A DNA stretch of 64,000 bases from Octopus vulgaris (Eukaryota): contig OX597833.1 of the NCBI GenBank assembly GCA_951406725.2, forward strand, positions 12,958,001 through 13,022,000, read 5' to 3'. Below, piece after piece: positions 1 to 11,497 of the stretch (position 1 is the stretch's first letter; every line of letters begins with the position of its first letter). A program made the translations under genes and the position numbers. Below the pieces are notes generated by a model, which did not search any database, was not told the DNA's origin, and saw nothing but the letters and a program-made list of their open reading frames with translations.

Positions 1-280
1 ACGCATTGGGGTCTATATAATCGACTTAATACCTATGTCTCTCCTTGTTTGTCCCATCTGTGTTTAGCCCTTTGTGGGTAATAAAGAAATAGGTATTTCG
101 TCTGGCGCTACGTTCTGAGTTCAAATTCCGCCTAGGTCGACTTTGCCTTTCATCCTTTCGGGGTCGATTAAATAAGTACCAGTTACACACTGGGGTCGAT
201 ATAATCTACTTAATCCGTTTGTCTGTCCTTGTTTGTCCTCTCTGTGTTTAGCCCCTTGTGGTTAATAAAGAAATAGGTAT
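1..280 (+). mobile_element. SINE family A, partial tandem array (about 1.5 units)
   Basis: GAGTTCAAATTCC B-box-like motif, GGTCGACTTTGCCTTTCATCCTTTCGGGGTCGAT core and TTAGCCCCTTGTGG..AAAGAAATA tail, shared with many copies in the window. Confidence 0.9.
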
Positions 281-775
281 ATAAGCCACACTGCGTTATA
301 AACTATTTGATTGATTATCAACTTGTATTTCACCCCCTTTTTTGCATCCCGTGCGAAAAGACTAGCAATTTATACCCGGCCTTTAAAGGGTTAAGTTGTT
401 AAGAACATCGAGCACAACGTTTGGACAGATAATGTTTTAGACTAGGAATTGTTTCGTGTTGCAGTTACCGTTCGGCAATTGATAGGAATAACATTGATCA
501 ATCATCACTAGAAAATATAATCAAAATAGGTCACTGCTCTTCAAAAACTATCGACAAACTCGGAAAAAGTATTGAACAGTTGGCCGCTACCATTAAAGTG
601 AATAATAAATTCAGAAACCACCAGCTGTGACAGTATGATAGATTGTTCAAGGCGAACTGGAAACAACATATAAAAAATATAAAAGACACTGTCAGGTAAG
701 CTAATTTCCTTTATACATGTTCTGCGAGCGGTAGGTGAAAAACAAGGTGATCGTAAGAAATTACTAGACTGTCAA

Positions 776-1564
776 GGCGGCGAGCTGGCAGAAACGTTAG
801 CATGCCGGGCGAAATGCGTAACCGTATTTCGTCTGTCGTTACGTTGTGAGTTCAAATTCCGCCGAGGTCGACTTTCACCTTTCGTCCTTTCGGGGTCGAT
901 AAATTAAGTACCAGTTACGCACTGGGGTCGATATAATCGACTTAATACCAATGTTTGTCCTTGTTTGTCCTCTCTCTGCTTAGCCCCTTGTGGGTAGTAA
1001 AGAAATAGGTAATTTGTCTGTCGTTACGTTCTGAGTTCAAATTCCGACGAGGTCGACTTTGCCTTTCATTCTTTCGGGGTCGATTAAATAAGTACCAGTC
1101 ACGCACTGGGGCCGATGTAATCGACTTAATCCGTTTGTCTGTCCTTCTTTGTCCTCTCTGTATTTAGCCCCTTTTGGGTAGTAAAGAAATAGGTATTTCG
1201 CCTGCCGTTACATTCTGAGTTCAAATTCCGCCGAGGTCGACTTTGCCTTTCATCCTTTCGAGGTCGATTAAATAAGTACCAGTTTCGCACTGGGGTCGAT
1301 GTAATCAACTTAATCCGTTTGTCTGTCCTTGTTTGTCCCCTCTGTGTTTAGCCCCTTGTGGGTAGTAAAGAAATGGGTATTTCGTCTGCCGATACATTCT
1401 GAGTTCACTTTCCGCCGAGGTCGACTTTGCCTTTCATCCTTTCGGGGTCGATAAATTAAGCACCAGTTACGCACTGGGGTCGATGTAATCGACTTAATCT
1501 CTTCGTCTGTCCTTGTTTGTCCCCTCTATGTTTAGCCCCTTGTGGGCCATAAAGAAATAAGAAA
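776..1564 (+). mobile_element. SINE family A, tRNA-like head plus tandem array (4 units)
   Basis: Head GGCGGCGAGCTGGCAGAA at 776; later units restart at about 1008, 1192 and 1376 (period 184). Confidence 0.92.
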
Positions 1565-1949
1565 TTTCTAGACTGTAGGATTACCAATCCCAAGCACGGA
1601 GAAGCTATACCGTCAATTCTGTAAAAGCCGTTCCTCATAATAATCTAAAGTTACTTGGCGGGGAGATCTGGGTTGCAAGCAAACGATACAAGAGTGATGA
1701 AATGCTGTTTGATAAGCTTTGGAGTGAATAATGTGTCAATGTCTCATCCTAAACATATAATATCGCCAGTATAAAACTTTGTATATACATTGTATATAAT
1801 GTATATACATTATTAATATTACTATTGAGTGAGTGAGGAGGACACATCAAAGTGACACTAGGGTAAAATATACGAGGTCCAGTATACCCATCATGAGAAA
1901 CCGTCTGATAAGGGTTCTCCAGGCACATGAAGCTGACTCTTTCGCCACA

Positions 1950-2090
1950 AATTTCTCTCACTCTTTCCTCCTGCATCTTGCAGCTCACCTGCGACGGACC
2001 GGCGTCCCGTCCAGGTGGGGAACCTATACGCCAAGGAAACCGAGAAACCGGCCCTAATGAGCCAGGCATGGCTTGAGAAGGAACAAACAA
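1950..2090 (+). mobile_element. SINE family G 3' half (V-like domain plus tail)
   Basis: CTGCGACGGACCGGCGTCCCGTCCAGG and tail ATGAGCCAGGCATGGCTTGAGAAGGAAC; homologous to 4405-4545, 26735-26870 and 47752-47845. Confidence 0.8.
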
Positions 2091-2194
2091 AAACATGATT
2101 TATTGTAACTCAGAAAAAGAAAAAAAAAACCTTCCCCTCCCCTAGACATCCATATTTCATCTTTTACATTAAATATGACAAATAGGCTTCGTTA

Positions 2195-2365
2195 GTAAAA
2201 CACATTCATTGTTGATGAAATGTAAAATCCTTTTGTGGCACAGAAAGTATAGCTGAAACAGATCTACTTACTCTAGACAAAACGGAGGTCAGAAAATGGT
2301 CTGCATTTCCGTTTGTCATCAAATTACATTGATGGTTCCATTATCGAGTTGAAGTATGAAAGTTT
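2195..2365 (+). pseudogene. possible piggyBac-type transposase remnant, very decayed
   Basis: Fragments read IVDEM..PF.G....KQ and later ..EVY-like, in the order of the DDE_Tnp_1_7 VDE motif region; many disruptions. Confidence 0.3.
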
Positions 2366-2553
2366 ATGTATGATTTACACCACAGCAACCGCAGAAAATC
2401 AGACGCATCTCTCACACATACGTTACAACAATTGCACAATATTCAATTATGCTACATCGCTACACCATTTATAAATGTTGTAATAAGAAAGATTCGAAGA
2501 AATATTAACTTTGTATTGTAGAAGAATAAGATAATGAGTAAATATAATGTATA

Positions 2554-2946
2554 CTAGCAGTATCGCCCGGCGTTGCTCGGGTTTGATTCGACCCTTTAGA
2601 ATTGGAATTTTTGAAAAGTAAAAATTTTGCATTATGTAGCTTGTTATTCTCTTTAAGTGAACGTTTTTCTGGTTGAAATACACCGAAAAATGGCGACACA
2701 GCAGTCAAAAAGTCGTAAAAAAATAGGGATTTTCATAGAAAAAAAGCACCTTTCTGATGTAAATAATTTTTGGTGTGAACATGGTCCGATATGAATTTTT
2801 TCTTCTACGGAAGGAAGAGCAAGCCTTCTTCTATCATACTCTCAATTTTGGTCAACTTGCGCCGTAGGGTCTCGGAGGAGGTAGTGTTAGTTGAAGGCTA
2901 CCAAACCTGCCATACACAGGCAACTTCAGCTTTAAATATAGAGAGA
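2554..2946 (-). mobile_element. non-autonomous Helitron
   Basis: Minus strand begins TCTCTCTATA and ends CCCGAGCAACGCCGGGCGATACTGCTAG (hairpin plus CTAG); inserted between A and T with no TSD. Confidence 0.9.
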
Positions 2947-3199
2947 TTAAGGGGATAGCAACGTATGACCTGTTTGTAAGGGCATGACTAGGACCAAACA
3001 CACGGTACAGAACCCGCCATGTTCCTGTATCCTCGACTCTACGAAGAGTAGACGGAGTAAATGTGGTGAGGGGCAGTAGTTTTAAGTAGATGTGTGCAGA
3101 ATCCTAGAAACAACAGCCAAGGGTTTGTTTGTGTGAAATTCAACCTCATCGAAGCAGGAAAGAACAAGTTACTCTACAACAAACACCACAGTGCCACCA

Positions 3200-3650
3200 A
3201 AAGACAAAAATTGCTACAGAAGCTCAGAACTTTAAGGAGCAATAGCAGAAAGCCAGCAGAGTACAAAACATCAACTAGTTGTAGGGATATGAGGCATCTT
3301 GAGCCGAAAGGTCATAGTTTTTCACAGAGACATTTGGATAGAAAACGTTAAAAGGGAAGGGCCAAAGAGTGGACATCATTTATATCCAAGTCCTTATTTT
3401 TTACTGAGAAGCTACTTGGTGATAAATGAAACGGCAGCCTGGAATGTTCAGCACACGAAGTAAACATCGTTCTTTGCAATATCCGTGCAAGAGGGCAGCA
3501 TCTTGGTCAAAACAAAATCCTGATAAGCCCAGCGCCTCTGAAAGCTGAGTTTGACATGAATGAACCGGGTCAGAAGAAATTCCAGGAATCTGGAATATCT
3601 GGAATAATTCCCTGCATGGATCATATTGGGATAGTGAAGCAGCTCTTGAG
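3200..3650 (+). pseudogene. non-LTR retrotransposon remnant, Hero-like region upstream of RT
   Basis: Manual translation GRAKEWTSFISKSLFFTEKLLGDK*NGSLECSAHEV...LISPAPLKAEFDMNEPGQKKFQE resembles the RARKRAAFIANPFGFTK.LLG.KRSG.L.C...FD.KEP segment of Hero-type ORFs. Confidence 0.55.
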
Positions 3651-3680
3651 AGAAGCAAAGAAAAGCAAGATATAGTTTAA

Positions 3681-3911
3681 AGGCGGCGAGCTGGCAGAAA
3701 CGTTAGCACACCGGGCGAAATGCTTAGCGGTATTGCGTCTGTCGTTGCGTTCTGAGTTCAAATTCCGCCGAGGTCGACTTTGCCTTTCATCCTTTCGGGG
3801 TCGATTAAATAAGTACCAGTTACGCACTGGAGTCGATGTAATCGACGTAATCCGTTTGTCTGTCCTTGTTTGTCACCTCTGTGTTTAGCCCCTTGTGGGC
3901 AGTAAAGAAAT
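3681..3911 (+). mobile_element. SINE family A, single full-length monomer
   Basis: Head, core and tail present once (about 230 bp). Confidence 0.92.
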
Positions 3912-4404
3912 ATGTACTATCCAGTAAGACCTTCCTTTTTAGACGTTAGAGATGTTCTGAGATAGATTTAACTTCTTCAACGTTGGTTTCACTGCACTCC
4001 AAGCTATTTATCCAGCAACGTTAGTGACCGTTTACTTTCGTTATATTTAGTAACGGTTGGTTGTTATAGATTAACATTGTTGTGGACAGCTAGCATTAAG
4101 TGTTATATATTTACATCATTTTTTTATAGCTCGTTATTACATTTTACATGATTTAAGTATTACAAATTGACACTTGTCAATTGACAGCAGTTGGAGGTTA
4201 TAAATATACATTTTTCTCTCGACTTTTCGCTCCATTGTTACATATCTTGAAAGAAGTAGAATTTATTCAAATTTCAAACATGATAATAAAAAAAGATGGA
4301 GAGAAATAATAAAACTACGAAACTCATAAAACACGATAAAATATGTTTTGTGTTTGTTCAAATAGCATTGGAAAGAAACGAACGAATTTATCTGACAACC
4401 CAAT

Positions 4405-5082
4405 TGTTTGTTCCTTCTCGAGCCATGCCTGGCTCATAAGGGCCATTTTCCCGGTTTCCTTGGCGTATAGGTTCCCCACCTGGACGGGACGCCGGTCAGT
4501 CGCAGGTGAGCTGCAAGATGCAGGAGGAAAAGAGCGAGAGAAAGTTACTCTCTTACTCTTACTCTTTTACTTGTTTCAGTCATTTGACTGCAGCCATGCT
4601 GGAGCACCACCTTTAATCGAGCAACTCGGCCCCGGGACTTATTCTTTTGTAAGCCCAGTACTTATTCTATCGGTCTCTTTTGCCGAACCGCTAAGTAACG
4701 GGGACATAAACACACCAGCATCCGTTGTCAAGCAATGCTAGGGGGACAAACACAGACGCACAAACACACACACGCATATATATATACATATATACGACGG
4801 GCTTCTTTCAGTTTCCGTCTACCAAATCCACTCACAAGGCTTTGGTCGGCCCGAGGCTATAGTAGAAGAGACTTGCCCAAGGTGCCACGCAGTGGGACTG
4901 AACCCGGAACCATGTGGTTGGTAAACAAGGGCGAAAGAGTCAGCAGAAGTTCGCCATTACCTTCTGCCGGAGCCGCGATGAGCTTAGGTGTTTTGCTCAT
5001 AAACACACACATCGCCCGGTCTGAGATTCGAACCCGCGATCCCTCGACCGCTGCTCTAACCACTAGGCCATGTGCCTCCACA
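4405..5082 (-). mobile_element. SINE (family C head plus family G tail) interrupted by a family B SINE at about 4546-4928
   Basis: tRNA-like head at 4930-5082 and V-like domain plus tail at 4405-4545; family B body with (CTTTTA)n tail lies between them. Confidence 0.8.
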
Positions 5083-5110
5083 TTAAAGAGGTGTTGGGCA
5101 TCCTTGTTAT

Positions 5111-5470
5111 ACTGAGCGGGAATAAGGTGCTATAATATATTTATACCCTGTTATATCTAACCTGAGTTGAATGTAACTTATTTACTTCTAGCTATAATTA
5201 AGAGTAGTTTGGTATTTTACAGAAGTACACCTTCTCTTCATAATTCTTTAAAAATCCCGATATCTGTTCAAAAAGTATGATAAATTCCTTACTGAGCGGG
5301 AGTAAGGTGCTATAATATATTTATACCCTGTTATATTTAACCTGAGTTGAGTGTAACTTATTTACTCCTTTCTATAATTAAGAATAGTTTGGTATTTTAC
5401 AGAAGTACACCTTCTCTTCATAATTCTTTAAAAATCCCGATATCTGTTCAAAAAGTATGATAAATTCCTT
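5111..5470. repeat. direct tandem duplication, 2 x 180 bp
   Basis: ACTGAGCGGG...GATAAATTCCTT at 5111-5290 and 5291-5470 with few substitutions. Confidence 0.95.
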
Positions 5471-6013
5471 TGTCCTTTTCCAACGTTTCTATCTTCTATC
5501 ACCTCTCAATATTTTATTATTCGTGCTGTTATTGCCATTATCTTTAAAACTGCATTCTTCCTTCATCTGTTATCTTTCTTTTTATTTCATTACAAGATTT
5601 TTCTAATTGCTGCTGTCTGTTATCTCAACATCGGATCACTGTATAGTAGTTATCAACGTCTCTTTTAGCTACCTTACCTCGTTGTATCTATTACTTTTTT
5701 CCCCCTGTTATCTTTTATCTCATTACTATATCGTTTTTCTAGCTACTGTCATCTCATTATTATTTTCTGGGCTCCATCAGTCTATCTTACACTCTTATTA
5801 ACCCTTATTTAGCATCATTATCAGACGACGAACGCCATGCATCATTGTGAAGACGGCAATCAGAAGAAGACGATAATTCTGTATAAGTCAAACCTGAGTT
5901 ATGTATGTATGTAAGTATGTATGTATGTATGTATGTATGTATGTATGTATGTATGTATGTATGTATGTATGTATGTATTCATGTATGTATGTATGTATGC
6001 ATGTATGTCCCCC

Positions 6014-6044
<31 letters not shown>

Positions 6045-6224
6045 ATATATATTATATACATTATATACCTATTATATACATTATATTATTTTTGTAATTT
6101 TACTTAATCTTTACTTTTTAATTGTTATTTTAATTTTAACTTTTCTATTATATGTAATTTTCTAGATGGTGTAATTTAATTATTCATTTTGAATTGATAA
6201 AAGGTGTTTTTTTCTAATATTTTT

Positions 6225-6273
<49 letters not shown>

Positions 6274-6301
6274 ATTTAAAGGGCTAAAAACCACTATGTG
6301 G

Positions 6302-6381
<80 letters not shown>

Positions 6382-6859
6382 ATGTATATATATATATATA
6401 TATATATTTACGCACACGCTCTAATTATGGCTGCTATCTGAAAGCCTGGAAACAAAAGAAGAAAGAACTTCAACGGAGATATGAGAGAAAAAAATCCTGA
6501 ACATTTGAATTGTTATAATCTTTGCTTGAACACTTATTTTTCTTATTTGAAATCTTTATAAATTTTGTAGACTTGTAGTGCCTCTCCCTCTCCCTCTCTG
6601 TGCATGCCTACGTAAAGTATCCTCGTCCAATCTACTTCCGGTAAAGTGGTGTAGTTGCTTTACCGGATGTATCTAAATGTCATGCGCTTTATGTCAACAC
6701 GCCATCGACTCAGCTTATGCACCACCCCTGCGTCTCTACTACAATAAAGGGCTTCATGCAGTCAATTACAATTCTTCCTTACCCAAAGGCTATTTGATAT
6801 TACTAAAAACAAGCCAATATTGAATCTACAAAATGCCAAAGAGACAAGCGAGGCTACCA

Positions 6860-7149
6860 TGAACCGCTGGGTTACGGGACGAAAACATAGTAGCACTCGT
6901 TGTCAAGCAAGTATCACACACACACACACACACGCACATACACACACACTACACACACACACACACACACACACTGACACACACACACATACACACATAC
7001 AAACACACACACATACACAAATACACACACACACACACAAACACACACACATACACACAAACACAAACACACATACACACGCACATATACACACACATAC
7101 ACACACACATACACACACACAAATACACACACATACACACACGCACGCG

Positions 7150-7184
<35 letters not shown>

Positions 7185-7348
7185 GATGGACTTCTCTCAG
7201 TTTCTGTCTAGCAAATCCACTCACAAGGCTCTGTTCGGCCCGAGACTATAGGAGAAGGCGTTTGGCCAAGGTACCACGCAGTGTAACTGAACCCGGAATC
7301 GCGTGGTTGAAAAGTGAGTTTCTTACCATTCAGCCACGCCCGCGCCTC
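6860..7348 (-). mobile_element. diverged family B SINE with expanded internal (CA)n
   Basis: Head homology at 7190-7348 and partial body at 6860-6910 flanking about 270 bp of CA-rich repeat. Confidence 0.7.
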
Positions 7349-7539
7349 TATTGTACTGTTGGTTTGTACTATTGTACTATTGTACTGTTGGTCTGTACTA
7401 TTTGTACAACTAATTGAGTCTTCATTTTAAATTCACACAAGGAAATTTCTGTCCTGTGAATATCAAAAGATGTCAACTATTAAGACCGAAATGTGTCTGG
7501 CGCTCTCACTGGCCGCTACTGAGATGATATTTGAAACGG

Positions 7540-7597
<58 letters not shown>

Positions 7598-7599
<2 letters not shown>

Positions 7600-8500
7600 C
7601 CACAACAACTTCCAGAGATCCCTGGCATGGCAGTGCTACCGAGAAGCATTACCTGTTCGGGATAAGCTCTACAGACACGGCTCGAGAAACACGGGGCCGA
7701 CCTGCCCGAGATGAGGTCAGAGCGACGAAACCGTTCTGCACGCACTCGTGCAGTGTCCAACAATTTCCAACCTGTGGGCTTTTGTCGAACAACTGCTGTC
7801 ACGTGTGGGACGAGTCGGTTTATCAGTCGAGTCTATCGTCAATATTGTCACAACTCCTTCCTTCAAACGGGAAGGAAGAGCTATTTTTATCATACTTGTG
7901 GCTATGGCGAAAGAATGTATCTGGTGGACGCGCCTGAAAGGATTAGAGACAAACACTTTCCTCTCCGGTCAATCTCTCATCAACTCCTTCAAGTATCACT
8001 TGAAGAGGAAAGTGAGAGTAGAGAGGCAAATTTTGTCTAGTGAATGTTTTAAAAAAAGATGGGTGAATGTAGCAAGGATGGCACGTATGAATGACGAAGC
8101 CACCTTGACTATGATTCTATGAACCGCAAAAATTAATACAGAGAGTTGCTTATTTGCAAAAAAAAAAAAAGGAAATATAACATGTGACTTCATTGACCGA
8201 GGTTACCGTGGTCTTTTCCGTAGGCTTTTCTTTCCACGGGTAAACCTCACCTGTCCTCCCCTTTACACTTCATATTGACATTTCTGTGATAACGATCCCT
8301 ATTGATCAATTTTTTTTCCTTTCCCTTTTTATTCCCCCCCCTTTTTTTTTAAATTTTATTCCCCCTTTTTTGTCCTCTTTCTTTCCCTTTACGATCCCTT
8401 TTGATCGAAAACCAAACCCCCTTTTTTTACCCCCAAAAGAAAAGCTCTAGCTTGTAATTTGTCCTGTCTGCGTGCAGCCCTGTGTGGCTAATAAAGAAAC
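7598..8500 (+). mobile_element. 5'-truncated L1-clade (Tx1-like) LINE: ORF2 C-terminus and 3' UTR
   Basis: Frame 7598-8122 reads LAWQCYREALPVRDKLYRHG..TCPR*GQSDETVLHALVQCP...AKECIWWTR (zf-RVT CCHC knuckle, one Cys position is TGA); pyrimidine-rich UTR ending AATAAAGAAA; (CTAT)n on both sides. Confidence 0.85.
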
Positions 8501-8501
8501 A

Positions 8502-8545
<44 letters not shown>

Positions 8546-8599
8546 CATCCATCCATCCATCCATCTATCTATCTATCTATCTCATCTATCCATCCATCC

Positions 8600-8641
<42 letters not shown>

Positions 8642-8723
8642 TCATCTATCCATCCATCTATCCATCCATCCATCCATCTATCTATCTATCTATCCATCCA
8701 TCCATCCATCCATCCATCCATCC

Positions 8724-8783
<60 letters not shown>

Positions 8784-8789
8784 CTATAT

Positions 8790-8970
8790 TTCTATATTGC
8801 CCATAAGGGGCTAAACATAGAGTCGGCAAACAAGGACAGACAAAGGGATTAGGTTGATTATATCGACCCGAGTGCGTAACTGGTACTTATTTAATCGACC
8901 TCGAAAGGATGAAAGGCAAAGTCGACTTCAGCGGAATTTGAACTCAGAACGTAGCGGCAGACGAAATACC
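8790..8970 (-). mobile_element. SINE family A unit
   Basis: Reverse complement of the 184-bp unit. Confidence 0.88.
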
Positions 8971-9203
8971 ACGTCGAAGATGACATATATATATATATAT
9001 ATATGTGTTTGTGTGTGTGTGTGTTTGTTTGTCCTCCTCACCATCACTTGACAACCGATGTTTGTGTGTTTACGTCTCCGTAATATAGCCGTTCGGCAAA
9101 AGAGACCGATAGAACAGGTCCTGGGGTCGATTTGTTCGACTAAAGGTGGTGCTCCAGCATGGCCGCAGTGAAATGACTGAAACAAGTAAAAGAATAAAAG
9201 AAC

Positions 9204-9234
<31 letters not shown>

Positions 9235-9511
9235 TGTGTATGTGTGTGTGCATGTGTGTGTGTGTGTTTATGTATGTCTATACGCATGTGGGAACATGTG
9301 TATGTACGTGTAGTGTGTATGTATTCGTGTATGTGTATGTGTGTGCATGTGTGTGCATGTGTGGTGTTTGTGCAGGTATGTTTATTTATCGGTGTATCTA
9401 TGTGGGTGTACCTGAATATTCTGGGTCACCCTCAGTATATGTACCCATGTTTATGCATAGCATTTGTGTTCATGTTGTATGTTGGTGCGTGTGTGTATAT
9501 GCATGTATGTA

Positions 9512-9741
9512 TTTACTCTTTTACTCTTTTACTTGTTTCAGTCATTTGACTGCGGCCATGCTGGAGCACCGCCTTTAGTCGGGCAAATCGACCCCGGGAC
9601 TTATTCTTTGGAAGCCCAGTACTTATTCTATCGGTCTCTTTTTGCCGAACCGCTAAGTGACGGGGACATAAACACACCAGCATCGGTTGTCAAGCAATGC
9701 TAGGGGGACAAACACAGACACACAAACACACATACACACAC

Positions 9742-9792
<51 letters not shown>

Positions 9793-10127
9793 GGAGTAAA
9801 CACATAAATGTGAAATAAGGTGGAAAAAAGAGTACTCAAATACCAGTGGTAGAGTAATATGCTTTATTTAAAGCAGCAGAAAATTCAACAAAACAGAGAG
9901 TAACAGGTTTTGTTGAATTTTCTGCTGCTTTAAATAAAGTATATATATATATATACATATATACGACAGGCTTCTTTCAGTTTCCGTCTACCAAATCCAC
10001 TCACAAGGCGTTGGTCGGCCCGGGGCTATAGCAGAAGACACTTGCCCAAGATGCCACGCAGTGGGACTGAACCCGGAACCATGTGGTTGGTTAGCAAGCT
10101 ACTTACCACACAGCCACTCCTGCACCT
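9512..10127 (-). mobile_element. SINE family B, full length, with a fold-back insert in its internal (TA)n
   Basis: tRNA-like head AGGAGTGGCTGTGTGG..GGTTCAGTCC, CORE-like CTTGGGCAAGT and tail GGCGGTGCTCCAGCATGGCCGCAGTC..GACTGAAACAAGTAAAAGAG. Confidence 0.9.
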
Positions 10128-10155
10128 ATTTGTGTGGGTTTTGTAACTGTATGTA

Positions 10156-10187
<32 letters not shown>

Positions 10188-10576
10188 TGAGCGAGTGAGT
10201 GAGAGAGAGAGAGAGTTAGGAAAATTTAATAACGGCCTTTCATGGAAAATTTTATAATGTGTCATGTTTTACAGAACTGAATCCTTTTGCTGCTTCTAAG
10301 ACATACAAGTTATAATCTGTTTTATTTTTTTATTGGAAGCCACTTCCAGCAAGGCGTCAAGTAATATGCAGTAAAACCGGATCTTAAGCAGCTACTTAAG
10401 TTTGCTGGGGGTGGGGGCTTACAAAAAGAAAAGAGCAAAAGGAGAAAAAAAAAAACATCTAATAAAAAGATCAAAGCAAGATTTAGAAGAATTAAGATAT
10501 TTTTTTCTGGGAAATAAGAAGAAAAGGTTTCCGAATGACAGATATTCCATCAGAGAAACTACTAGACCACAAACAA

Positions 10577-11000
10577 TACCTATTTCGTTACTGCCCACAA
10601 GGGGCTAAACACAGAGAGGACAAACAAGGACAGACAGACGGATTAAGTCGATTATATCGACCCCAGTGCGTAACTGGTACTAATTTATCGACCACGAAAG
10701 GATGAAAGGCAAAGTCGACCTCGGCGAAATTTGAACTCAAAACGTAACGACAGACGAAATACCTATTTCTTTACTACCCACAAGGGGCTAAACATAGAGG
10801 GGACAAACAAGGACAGACAAACGGATTAAGTCGATTATATCGACCCCAGAGCGTAACTGGTACTTATTTTATCGACCCCGAAAGGATGAAAGGCAAAGTC
10901 GACCTCGGTGGAATTTGAACTCAGAATGTAACGGTAGACGAAATACCTGTTTCTTTATTACCTACAAGGGGCTAAACATAGAGGGGACAAACAAGGACAA
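10577..11000 (-). mobile_element. SINE family A tandem array (about 2.3 headless units)
   Basis: Reverse-complement units joined by GAAATACCTATTTC-type junctions. Confidence 0.9.
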
Positions 11001-11497
11001 AGAATTCCTCTCAACACATGGTTATGATGCTCCCCCACTACTTCTGCTCGTGATCAGTGAAGCATGTATCGTCAGCCGCAACTGACAAATAAGGGCCTCA
11101 GACAGACAGTACTTTACGCAATATGCATGCAGTTCCAGGTGATGCCGACTTTTGAAGTACATGTAGATTGTAGGGTATCTCTAAGGCTTTCAGATGTTTT
11201 TTTCAGATTGGGTGGTATTGAACCCGCTCCGATGACAAGAGGAATAACCTTTATGATCGACTCTCGTAGCCGCTACATCTTAGCGATCTCAATTCTCAGG
11301 TCTCTATATTTATCAACTTTTTCTCTTTCTTTCATGATAATATGTTGATCTCCCAGCTTGCCGGGCGAAATGCTTAGCGTTCTGAGTTCAAATGCCGCCG
11401 TGGCCGACTTTGCCTTTCATCGTTTGAAGATCGATAAAATTAGTAACAGTTGAGCACTGGATTCAATGTAATCAACTTACCTCTTCCAAAATTGCTG

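Noticed and set aside
614-700. Possible exon (CAG acceptor ... CAG/GTAAG donor)
   Set aside because: Stop codons in all three frames; no coding support.
776-1564. Regularly spaced repeats as a CRISPR array
   Set aside because: Whole 184-bp units repeat with no unique spacers; eukaryotic SINE context and no cas genes.
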